IMG/VR virus record: IMGVR_UViG_3300027970_000001
Span: 1 to 64,000 of that record
DNA length: 64,000 nucleotides
DNA from: a virus
Reading direction: 5' to 3' (one strand)
Within the stretch, counting starts at the first letter, position 1; each line of letters starts with the position of its first letter. Shown piece after piece: positions 54,870 through 63,124 of this stretch. The notes under the pieces are model-generated. The model searched no databases, was not told where the DNA came from, and saw only the letters and a list, made by a program, of their open reading frames with translations. The translations under genes and the position numbers were made by a program.

Positions 54870-55295
54870 ATGGCATATCGAGTCGACCCTCTCGCTTTCG
54901 TGTCTGGCGCGGCCAGCCTTCCAAGGAACAGGGCCATCAGGCCAGACCTTCAGGACCAGTACGCACTGGTGCCCGTGAGCATGCTCGGCGACGAGATGCA
55001 GCCGATTCCTCAGCCCCTTCCGACCCAGCTCGTGCCCGCGAGCAGCGGCAGCATGGCGCTCGTGAAGAAGGTCGTGGCGGTGATCGTGGTCATCGCCATC
55101 TTGGCTGCCATCTACGAGATGTGGCGGCGGATGAGTGGCGCCAAGGACGCGCGCCCTGCCCTGACCGCCAACAAGGCAGCGCGCAAGCTCTCGACGGCTG
55201 CACTTGCAAAGCAGCTTCTTGAGCGCCTTGAAAAGAAGGGGAGCGGCAACCCGACCACTCTCCGCTCGCTCAAGACGTACGCTCGCAAGGCGTGA
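54870..55295 (+). CDS. Single-TM membrane protein with basic C-terminal domain
   Basis: TM VVAVIVVIAILAAIY; LTANKAARK motif. Confidence 0.7.
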   Translation: MAYRVDPLAFVSGAASLPRNRAIRPDLQDQYALVPVSMLGDEMQPIPQPLPTQLVPASSGSMALVKKVVAVIVVIAILAAIYEMWRRMSGAKDARPALTANKAARKLSTAALAKQLLERLEKKGSGNPTTLRSLKTYARKA

Positions 55296-55301
55296 TCTGA
55301 G

Positions 55302-55886
55302 ATGCCGAAAAAAGCTCGGGTGGCCCTGCTGCCCGTTCCGGCAAAGTGCGTGCTGATCGGCATCGACCCGGGCGAATCCAGCGGCTGGGCCGTCCTCTGC
55401 TCTGACGGGTTGCGGATCCAATACATCGGCAGCGGCTGCATCGAGAAGACCTCGGTCTGCGCCGACGAGGTCTCCTGTGCGGTGGGCATCGCCGCCGAGG
55501 CGGCGCTTGACCGCGGGCTTCACCTCGTGGCCATGGGAGAGACGTGGACCTTTGGCGGCCCGGCAAAGGAAAAGGTGGGCGTGCGTGCGCTCATCGGGCT
55601 TGGCGCGGCATGGGAGCGATGGCGCGCGCCGATTGCAGCCGTTGCCCACTCCAACAAAATCCTGCGAGTCAACTCGCGCACCTGGCAGGCCGCGATGCTC
55701 AAGGGGTCCGGTGCCCGTACCAGCGACGCGTTGAAGTCAGCATCCATGCTTGCCGCCCGGAGCCGATATCCTCAGGTCAAGGCAAACTCGCCAGACGAGT
55801 CCGACGCCGCGTGCATTGCCACGTTTGGGATGCACGACCCGCGCGTCGCTGAACTTGTCAGTCGTCGGTTGATTCGACGTACGTGA
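55302..55886 (+). CDS. RuvC-like (RNase H fold) Holliday junction resolvase
   Basis: LIGIDPG..GWA, MGE, WQAAM, DESDAACIA. Confidence 0.8.
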   Translation: MPKKARVALLPVPAKCVLIGIDPGESSGWAVLCSDGLRIQYIGSGCIEKTSVCADEVSCAVGIAAEAALDRGLHLVAMGETWTFGGPAKEKVGVRALIGLGAAWERWRAPIAAVAHSNKILRVNSRTWQAAMLKGSGARTSDALKSASMLAARSRYPQVKANSPDESDAACIATFGMHDPRVAELVSRRLIRRT

Positions 55887-55905
55887 CCGCGTAGCTTCCG
55901 CGGGC

Positions 55906-57249
55906 ATGTCGGAAGAACAGACCGTCGAAACGAATGAGATCGCCTACGAAGACCGGCCGATTCAGGAGGTCGAGTCTCTTCGCGAGACGATCACCAAGTC
56001 GAACTTCGGCGGGTACGCGTACACGGCCGAACCGGCTCCCGGAGCCGACGTCCATGGGATCTGGCACTGCTTCCACACCGACTCGCGCGCCGGATACGCA
56101 GCCCACGCCGTTGCCGCGAGCTGGATGATTCGGGAGGAGATGAAGGCGCCCCTGATGCTCATTCCGCATCGGGTCAAAGACATCGACATCGACAACTTCC
56201 CGGCCGACCGCGACGAGATGCTGCTGCGCTGGCTGTCCAAGTCGCCCGTCGGGTTCCCCGAGATGCTCTTGGTGAGCTTGCCTCCCGAGACGCAGATGTT
56301 CGGCCTTGGCAAGGCGACCGTGTACTACTCGGCATACGAGGCCACCAGGGTCAGCCAGTGGACCGCTGACACCGTCAACAGCAAGGGCATGACGGCCATC
56401 TGGTGCGTCAGCGACTTCGTGAAGAGGGCATTCGAGGCGGGCGGGTGCAACCCGAGCAAGCTCGACGTGGTGCGCCCGATGCTTTGCGGCGGCCCTTGGG
56501 CCATGCCCGAGCAGATGGTCCCGGTGGAGCGCGACGAGTTCGTCTTCGGCACGATGGGGACGTGGCACGAGCGGAAGGGCTTCCCTCACCTCATCCGAGC
56601 GTACTTCTCGCAGTTTCGGCGCGATGAGAATGTCGTCCTCAACATCAGGACGAGCCTGTTCGGGAAGAACAAGACCATCACCGAGTTCACAGACGGCGTC
56701 GTCAAGGAGATCGCCGAAATCGCCAAGGAGTTCGGCGATGACGACTACCCGCGCAGCAAGAAGATGCCCCGCGTGAGGCTTCAGACGGGAACCGACCTGT
56801 CCGATCAGGAAGTCATCGACTGGCTCGCGTCGCTCGACGGGTACGTTCAGCCGAGCTTTGGAGAGGGCCTCGGGATTCCGGCCGTCTGGGCGAAGGCTGT
56901 TGGTTGCCCGCTGGTTTGCACCGACTTTGGCGCGCTGGGTGATTTCGCGGCCGAACTTGAGCGGGAGACAGACTCCGGCACCATCGACGCCATCATCAAG
57001 CACAAGCTCGTGCCGGTCCCCCAGGGGCAGCTCGTCGTCAGCCCGATGTTCCACAAGAAGGCCGAGTGGGGAGACTACGACCCGAAGGATTTCGGAGCGG
57101 CCATGCGGACAGTCTTCGAGCGCGGTCGCAAGAAGGACATTCATGGAGCGGTTGCCACGCGCCGGCTGTTCGGTGCGGAGGCCACGGTGCCGGTCATGGC
57201 AGAGGCCATCAAGCGCAGGACCGGCGTGTCTGAATGGGGCACTCCGTGA
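55906..57249 (+). CDS. GT-B glycosyltransferase (GT4-like)
   Basis: HERKG, YVQPSFGEGLGIPAVWAKAVG. Confidence 0.85.
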   Translation: MSEEQTVETNEIAYEDRPIQEVESLRETITKSNFGGYAYTAEPAPGADVHGIWHCFHTDSRAGYAAHAVAASWMIREEMKAPLMLIPHRVKDIDIDNFPADRDEMLLRWLSKSPVGFPEMLLVSLPPETQMFGLGKATVYYSAYEATRVSQWTADTVNSKGMTAIWCVSDFVKRAFEAGGCNPSKLDVVRPMLCGGPWAMPEQMVPVERDEFVFGTMGTWHERKGFPHLIRAYFSQFRRDENVVLNIRTSLFGKNKTITEFTDGVVKEIAEIAKEFGDDDYPRSKKMPRVRLQTGTDLSDQEVIDWLASLDGYVQPSFGEGLGIPAVWAKAVGCPLVCTDFGALGDFAAELERETDSGTIDAIIKHKLVPVPQGQLVVSPMFHKKAEWGDYDPKDFGAAMRTVFERGRKKDIHGAVATRRLFGAEATVPVMAEAIKRRTGVSEWGTP

Positions 57250-58349
57250 AGCTCGACTTCGTTGGGCACTTCGGCACGACGCTGTCGTTCGCCAGGTTGA
57301 GCGCTGAGATCTGCCGCGCCCTGCGTGCAGACGGCAAGCTCGGCAGGGTTACCAACCTCGATGACGAGTGGCACGAGGCCAACATGGACCTCTGCGACGA
57401 CACGGCACCGACCGGAACCCACTGCTTCATCGCCACGGAGCCAAGGCACTACTTCGAGTCGTACCTGGCTGCATACGAAGCGCGCCGCATCGCCCTGTAT
57501 TCCTCTCCGAACACCAACACGGTCGGCAAGGAGCACGCGCAGCTCGTCTCCAAGGTTGGCAAGGTCTTCGTTCCAAGCGGTTGGTGCGAGGAGAGCATCC
57601 GCAACGGATGCGAGAGCAACGGCGCCCCGAAGCCCGACAACATCACGGTCGTCCCGCTCGGGGTGGCAGACGGGTTCTCGTGGAGCGACGATCGCTACGC
57701 CAGGCTCTCCGAGCGAGCCAAGGACAACAAGCCGTGGACGGCGGTACACTTGTCGTCTGACCATGCGTGGCCGGGCCGGAAGGGCACCGGAGAGCTTCTC
57801 TCTGCCTGGGCCATGCTGCCCCGAGACAAAGAGCGGCAGCTCATTGTCCACGCCCACAGGGCCATCTACGAAGACGTCTTCTACAAGTGCGCCGACCTTG
57901 GCATCTCCGACCAGGTCGAGATCTTGATGCCACCTCTGCGAGGCTCTTCGGACGCAGAGCTTCTGGAGGTCATGGAGCAGGCTGACACGATCATCCTGCC
58001 AACCCGCTGCGAGGGCTTCGGGATGATTGTGCTGAGCGCCCTGTGCCTCGGCATCCCGACGATTGCCACGTGTGAAACGGCGCATGCGGAGTTCATGGGC
58101 TCGTTCGGAGGGTGGCTCGCTGCCCCGGCATCCCCTGGTGGCGAGATGGCCTACGAGGACGGGTCCGTGCCCGAGATCAACATCGGAGCGCTTGCCGACG
58201 CGATGCTCGTGGCCGAGGTGCCGGAGTCGAGGCTTCGGCTCCTGCGAAGCGCGAAGGTCACAAAAGACATCTCCTCGTCGTGGAAATGGTCGCACGTCGC
58301 GGAGCGTTGGGTTTCTGCTGTTTGCGGATGGATGGAGGAGACGTCATGA
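57246..58349 (+). CDS. GT-B glycosyltransferase (GT4-like)
   Basis: GRKG, ILPTRCEGFGMIVLSALCLGIPTI. Confidence 0.85.
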   Translation: MKLDFVGHFGTTLSFARLSAEICRALRADGKLGRVTNLDDEWHEANMDLCDDTAPTGTHCFIATEPRHYFESYLAAYEARRIALYSSPNTNTVGKEHAQLVSKVGKVFVPSGWCEESIRNGCESNGAPKPDNITVVPLGVADGFSWSDDRYARLSERAKDNKPWTAVHLSSDHAWPGRKGTGELLSAWAMLPRDKERQLIVHAHRAIYEDVFYKCADLGISDQVEILMPPLRGSSDAELLEVMEQADTIILPTRCEGFGMIVLSALCLGIPTIATCETAHAEFMGSFGGWLAAPASPGGEMAYEDGSVPEINIGALADAMLVAEVPESRLRLLRSAKVTKDISSSWKWSHVAERWVSAVCGWMEETS

Positions 58350-58660
58350 GCGAAGCTAGTTTGGGTACGGCGCTGCGGGCGATCGGCGGTGGCGAGGTTC
58401 AGGTGATGACCCGTCACAGCGACTTCAACATGATCGAAGTCGAAGACGACTCCGGCGGTCGCCGGTCCATCCCCGCGATGCAGCTTGTGGCTTTCGTCGC
58501 CACCGATTACCGTGAGGTGGGGGCCAGCAGTGACGTGTGGGAGTTCCAGTCGACGATGTCTGCTGGGCCCGCCACGCCCCTCGGTCAGCCCGTCATCAAG
58601 ACCCGAACCTTCCTCCGCGGCACGGACATCCTGATGGTCCGAGCCGTTTCCAAGCTCTGA
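58346..58660 (+). CDS. Hypothetical protein
   Basis: SD GGAGGAG; coupled. Confidence 0.6.
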   Translation: MSEASLGTALRAIGGGEVQVMTRHSDFNMIEVEDDSGGRRSIPAMQLVAFVATDYREVGASSDVWEFQSTMSAGPATPLGQPVIKTRTFLRGTDILMVRAVSKL

Positions 58661-58668
58661 GCAATACC

Positions 58669-59163
58669 ATGAGCAACGACGAATCAAGACGGTTTGCGGC
58701 TGGCGGCCCCGCTGCCATCGTCGTACGTACCCCCGAAGAGGCCGCCCGCCTTGCCAAGCGGCTTGCTGGCGAAGACGACAAGCGCATTCTGTTCTTCTGC
58801 CTCACGTGCGGGTGGAAGAGCACGATGGAGTTCAGCGACGACGAGATCGAAGCGATGCCAACCGGCTCGGCGCGCGACTATCCAGGCCCGTGCCCTGGCT
58901 GCCAGTCGATGACGCTTCGACCGTTCGATGAGATGTTCGGCGGCACCGAGACGATCAACGACATGGCCAAGCGCAACAGGCGCTCGGAGTACGAGGAAGC
59001 CGCTGACGTGTTCCTCGACAGGGCAGTGAACAAGTTCATCGGAGGGATTCCAACCCCTCCAGCATCGCCCAGCTCCGCAGACTCCAACGCGCCTGCCTGG
59101 GCGCAGAACCTCGACGAAAGCCCCGTCGATCCAAACACCGTCAAGCCGCGCGGCGGTCGCTGA
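58669..59163 (+). CDS. Zinc-ribbon hypothetical protein
   Basis: CLTC...CPGC. Confidence 0.62.
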   Translation: MSNDESRRFAAGGPAAIVVRTPEEAARLAKRLAGEDDKRILFFCLTCGWKSTMEFSDDEIEAMPTGSARDYPGPCPGCQSMTLRPFDEMFGGTETINDMAKRNRRSEYEEAADVFLDRAVNKFIGGIPTPPASPSSADSNAPAWAQNLDESPVDPNTVKPRGGR

Positions 59164-59181
59164 AAGCTGAGATCCGGCACG

Positions 59182-59721
59182 ATGTCAGTACATCCGAAAC
59201 TTGAAGCCGCCTACAGGTTCGCTTCCGAGCACCCAAGCGACATTCAGAACCATGTCCCGAGGCTTAGGGATCTGGCGTCGAACTGTCAGTCGGTGACTGA
59301 GTTCGGGACCAGGTCCGCCGTCTCGACTGTGGCGATCTTGCGCGGCCAGCCCGGAAAGTTCGTGGCGTACGACATTCATAAATGCCCGCGAGCCATCGAA
59401 CTCACACCGATTGCTGGGGCCACGAAGTTCAAGTTTGTGGTCGGAGACACTCGCAATATCTCTATTGAGCCCACGGACATGCTCTTCATCGACACGCTCC
59501 ACACGTACGAGCAACTGTCCGCCGAGTTGGCGCGTCACTCGGACAAAGTGGGCAAGTGGATCGCCATGCACGACACCGTCACGTTTGGCGATCGTGGAGA
59601 GCTTCCAAACACCAAGGGACTCCGCCCCGCCATCAATGAGTTCCTGGCAAAAGGCGGCTGGACAGTCGAAGCGGAATACGAGGACAGCAACGGCCTCACC
59701 GTGCTGAAGAGGACTACCTGA
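59182..59721 (+). CDS. Class I SAM methyltransferase (Methyltransf_24-like)
   Basis: VTEFGTR, LFIDTLH.YE, MHD. Confidence 0.82.
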   Translation: MSVHPKLEAAYRFASEHPSDIQNHVPRLRDLASNCQSVTEFGTRSAVSTVAILRGQPGKFVAYDIHKCPRAIELTPIAGATKFKFVVGDTRNISIEPTDMLFIDTLHTYEQLSAELARHSDKVGKWIAMHDTVTFGDRGELPNTKGLRPAINEFLAKGGWTVEAEYEDSNGLTVLKRTT

Positions 59722-60230
59722 TGCACCCTTCTGCATACAGCGCAGTGGAGAAGTTCGCTTTCGATTACAGGTCGGAGGTCTCCGGCAAGTCGGTCGCTGA
59801 CATCGGCGCGTACAACGTGAACGGATGCTTGCGTCCTGTCTTCGACAAGCTCGGGTGCAAGTACGTGGGCATCGACGCGGCAGCAGGCCCCAACGTGGAC
59901 CTCGTGGTGCCTACGGAGCCCCCCTGGCCGTCGGTGCCTGATGCGTCGTTTGATGCGGTCGTGTCGGTGTCCACCCTTGAGCACACGAGGCGCCCGTGGC
60001 TCGTGGTCAAGGAGATGTCACGTATTCTGAAGCCCTCGGGCCTGGCCTGCATCGTCGCCCCGTACGCGTGGGGCTATCACGCCTACCCGATCGACTGCTG
60101 GCGTATTTTCCCAGATGGGATGCAGACGATCGTGGAAGACGCGGGCTTTTCTGTCGTTCAGATGTACATGGTTCCTGGCGGCGGCAAGGCGCCCGTCGGA
60201 GACACGGTCTGCGTCGCAAGAAAGGTCTGA
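59721..60230 (+). CDS. Class I SAM methyltransferase (Methyltransf_11-like)
   Basis: VADIG, YVGID, FDAVVSVSTLEH, LKPSG, YPIDCWR. Confidence 0.85.
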   Translation: MHPSAYSAVEKFAFDYRSEVSGKSVADIGAYNVNGCLRPVFDKLGCKYVGIDAAAGPNVDLVVPTEPPWPSVPDASFDAVVSVSTLEHTRRPWLVVKEMSRILKPSGLACIVAPYAWGYHAYPIDCWRIFPDGMQTIVEDAGFSVVQMYMVPGGGKAPVGDTVCVARKV

Positions 60231-60233
60231 CCC

Positions 60234-60923
60234 ATGGCAACGACGCCTCGTCTTGTGATGCCGACGATCGATAGGACGCCGAAGCACAACTACATCCACC
60301 ACACCATCGAGAGCCTGTACGAGAAGGACCCTACGGCTCCGCCAATCACGCTCTTTGTCGGATGCCGCTCTTCGGACTACCTCGGACCACTGCTTACGCA
60401 CCCGAAGGTGAGTGTTGTCGGCGTCACGTCGGAAGACGCCGACATGCTGGAGGCGCTTCCAGGCGGGTACGATAGGTACATCTGGAATGCGTTCCGATGC
60501 GTTTCTGGACCAGAGTCAGAGGGCGCAGACGGAGTGGTGTTTTTGGAGGACGACTTGACGTTCTCCAAGGACTGGTTTCAGAGGCTGGTCGCTGTCCGCG
60601 ATGAGGTTGTCCGAATCCATGGCCCGATGAACCTGGTTACAGGCATCCGTTTGTACGAGAAGCTGGCGGGGCCCGTCCGCCCTCCTGGATACGGAAGCCT
60701 GCCTGGTTTTTGGGGCTCGCAGTGCGCTTACATGGTAACAGCCGAGGCGCGAAACCGGGTGGCAGAGCGAGGTCCGGGACTGAAGATCGGTTTCGACGTG
60801 TCGCTTGGCAAAGTCGGGCTTGGCCTCTGGACCACCGTCAAGTCGCTGGTGAGACACGACGGCGTGCAGAGCGGATGGACGGACAAGCCTCAAACTTTTA
60901 CGGGGATGAACTTCGAGCCGTAG
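60234..60923 (+). CDS. GT-A fold glycosyltransferase-like protein
   Basis: VVFLEDD; context within the glycan cluster. Confidence 0.6.
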   Translation: MATTPRLVMPTIDRTPKHNYIHHTIESLYEKDPTAPPITLFVGCRSSDYLGPLLTHPKVSVVGVTSEDADMLEALPGGYDRYIWNAFRCVSGPESEGADGVVFLEDDLTFSKDWFQRLVAVRDEVVRIHGPMNLVTGIRLYEKLAGPVRPPGYGSLPGFWGSQCAYMVTAEARNRVAERGPGLKIGFDVSLGKVGLGLWTTVKSLVRHDGVQSGWTDKPQTFTGMNFEP

Positions 60924-60930
60924 GTGCGCC

Positions 60931-61536
60931 GTGATCTGCTGCGACCACATGGTCTTTGTCCACGTCATGAAGACCGGGGGCAAGTGGGTTAGAGACGCTC
61001 TGTCGGGAGGCATTCCGGCCGAGTGGAACGTCTACGACTCGCTTCGCCCCACCCCGACCGACCAGGCTGCTGGACTGCACACCGGGATCCTTGACGCTCC
61101 GAGCGAATACCGCGGGGCTCCGGTCCTTGCGTATGTCAGGAACCCGTGGGACTGGTACGTGAGCTACTTTTCATTCTTCAGGAACAAGTTCGACGCCGGG
61201 GAAGACGTGGGTGTGTTTCGGAGGTCTCTCGCATCGATCCTTGAGCAGAACGCCTGCACCATGCACTCCGTCGGGATGGTGTTGGGAGAAGACGGGGTGG
61301 TGTGCTGCCGAATGAGACGCGTTGAAGACGGCGTCGGCGCACAGCTCCTCAGGTTTATGGACGACAACTGTCCATACGTCCCAGAGGCCGTTCGCGTCGC
61401 CGCGAACAGCATGGAGCGCAAGAACGTCTCAAGGCGCGGAGATTACAGGTCGTACTACACCGACGAGATGGCCGCGTCCGTCGCAATCAGGGACGCGTGG
61501 CTGATCTCCGAGTACGACTACGAGTTCGGGGGCTGA
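60931..61536 (+). CDS. Sulfotransferase family 2-like protein
   Basis: FVHVMKTGG, VRNPWDWYVSY, N.S...Y..YY. Confidence 0.78.
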   Translation: MICCDHMVFVHVMKTGGKWVRDALSGGIPAEWNVYDSLRPTPTDQAAGLHTGILDAPSEYRGAPVLAYVRNPWDWYVSYFSFFRNKFDAGEDVGVFRRSLASILEQNACTMHSVGMVLGEDGVVCCRMRRVEDGVGAQLLRFMDDNCPYVPEAVRVAANSMERKNVSRRGDYRSYYTDEMAASVAIRDAWLISEYDYEFGG

Positions 61537-62310
61537 CTACCGGCGGTACGGGGCGGTCCACAGCATGTGGGACAGGTACCCGCTGATCACGCCACCGATG
61601 ATGCCAATCACCGGCTGCCTGGAGGCGCCGCCGATCAGGCCGCCAACGGCCGCTCCGACGACCGACGCCTGGAGGCCCGACCGGAGCGCCAGGTTGACGT
61701 TCTCGGACAGCATCTGCCCCGCCTGGGTCTCGGAGCACGCGAACTCGGTGAGAGCGCCTCCCATGCCGCGCAGGCTGTAGTTGAAGCGGACGTCAAGCTC
61801 TCCGCTGGGCTTCTGGCTAAGCGTGAAGACCTCGGTGCCGGGCACGAACACGGGGCCAGACGACGGCAGGAAGGCGCGGCAGACGGCGCCGTAGGGCAGC
61901 CGCTGGATCCTACGCTTCGCGGTGCGCATCGCCTCGCGCATGCCCGTGACGACCACGCCTCCGCCGGTCGGGTTCTGCCGCCAGTCGCTGCACGCGATGA
62001 TGTAGTTCTGGTCTTCTAGTCGGCGAACCGACTGCCCGATCGTGAGACCTTCGCTCATGCTGTTGCTCCGGCCACGAGCATGCCCTGAGGAGCTTGCAGC
62101 GTCCAGCCCCATGATTCCTCGGTATGGGTCGCGCGCGTAGCGCATGATGGCGGGCGCTCCTGTCTCGTAGCTGCCGTGCTCGATGTACGGAGCAATCGGC
62201 AGCCCGCGCTCAACGAGCGGCTGGAGGCTAGGAAGCCCCTCTCGGCCAGCCGGCAGCGACGAGAACGACACTTGCCCCGGAATCCATTTCGCCTGACCAA
62301 GCCCCCGCAT
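61537..62310 (-). CDS. Membrane protein with C-terminal glycine-zipper helices
   Basis: MRGLG start, internal LRGMG; VVGAAVGGLIGG..IIGGVISG. Confidence 0.65.
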   Translation of the reverse strand: MRGLGQAKWIPGQVSFSSLPAGREGLPSLQPLVERGLPIAPYIEHGSYETGAPAIMRYARDPYRGIMGLDAASSSGHARGRSNSMSEGLTIGQSVRRLEDQNYIIACSDWRQNPTGGGVVVTGMREAMRTAKRRIQRLPYGAVCRAFLPSSGPVFVPGTEVFTLSQKPSGELDVRFNYSLRGMGGALTEFACSETQAGQMLSENVNLALRSGLQASVVGAAVGGLIGGASRQPVIGIIGGVISGYLSHMLWTAPYRR

Positions 62311-62377
62311 CCGACACCTTCCTGTCAGTCGCAGCGTACCGCGTCAGCACGATTGCCGCTACCATGCTGCCACCTAC

Positions 62378-63124
62378 ATGAGCAAGGCTGAAGACACCGA
62401 ACTCGACGAGCTGATCCGAGCGCCACGCGTCCCCGTGGGCGTTGCGATTTTGAACAACTCGGCCGCTTTGCGGGAGCTTGGGATTCACAGCCCAAAGGCC
62501 CAAAGGTTGGGCAGCGGGAACTTCGGCCAAGCCTTCCAGGTCAAATTCGCCGGCAGGCAGAGCGTGGTCAAGCTGACTGTGGACCCGTACGAGGTCATCA
62601 CGTCGTCGCTGCTCATCGGCAAAGACACCAAGCACACGGTTCACATCTACGGCGTGTGGGAGATGCAGGACACCCGCGGCACCGACTCGTGGATGCCTTG
62701 GTACGTCGTGCATCGAGACATCCTCAACCCGCTCTCGGAAAAGGAAGCCATCCTCGTCGATGCGCTCTGGGAGCTGTACATCGACGAGCAGTACGACCTT
62801 CAGTTTCCGACACCCAAGTCACACGTGATGCGGAGCCGGTGGCGCAACCTCGTGCGAGACACGATGCCGGCGTTCACGCCCACGATGATTGAGCAGGCCC
62901 TCAGGCTGCTTGACTCAATCGCAGCAGGCGCTCGTGAGCTGTCCGCCGTCGGCATCGACTGGTCCGACATGCACAGCGACAACATCATGAGGGACGCCAA
63001 GGGGCTCATCCGAATCTCCGACATCGGGTACAACGCCCCGCGCGAAGACTTCAAGATCGCCCCTCCCATGCTGACCGTGGAAGCGGCCAGGGCGTACACG
63101 TCCGGCCTGATGATGGCTAGATGA
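62378..63124 (+). CDS. Protein kinase-like enzyme
   Basis: LGSGNFG, VVKLT, DMHSDN, ISDIG. Confidence 0.82.
   Translation: MSKAEDTELDELIRAPRVPVGVAILNNSAALRELGIHSPKAQRLGSGNFGQAFQVKFAGRQSVVKLTVDPYEVITSSLLIGKDTKHTVHIYGVWEMQDTRGTDSWMPWYVVHRDILNPLSEKEAILVDALWELYIDEQYDLQFPTPKSHVMRSRWRNLVRDTMPAFTPTMIEQALRLLDSIAAGARELSAVGIDWSDMHSDNIMRDAKGLIRISDIGYNAPREDFKIAPPMLTVEAARAYTSGLMMAR

Noticed and set aside
11509-55886. LAGLG (SSAP), VPGLG (helicase), IDGLG (fibre) and LIGLG (RuvC) as processing sites
   Set aside because: Inside folded domains of proteins without anchors; treated as chance background
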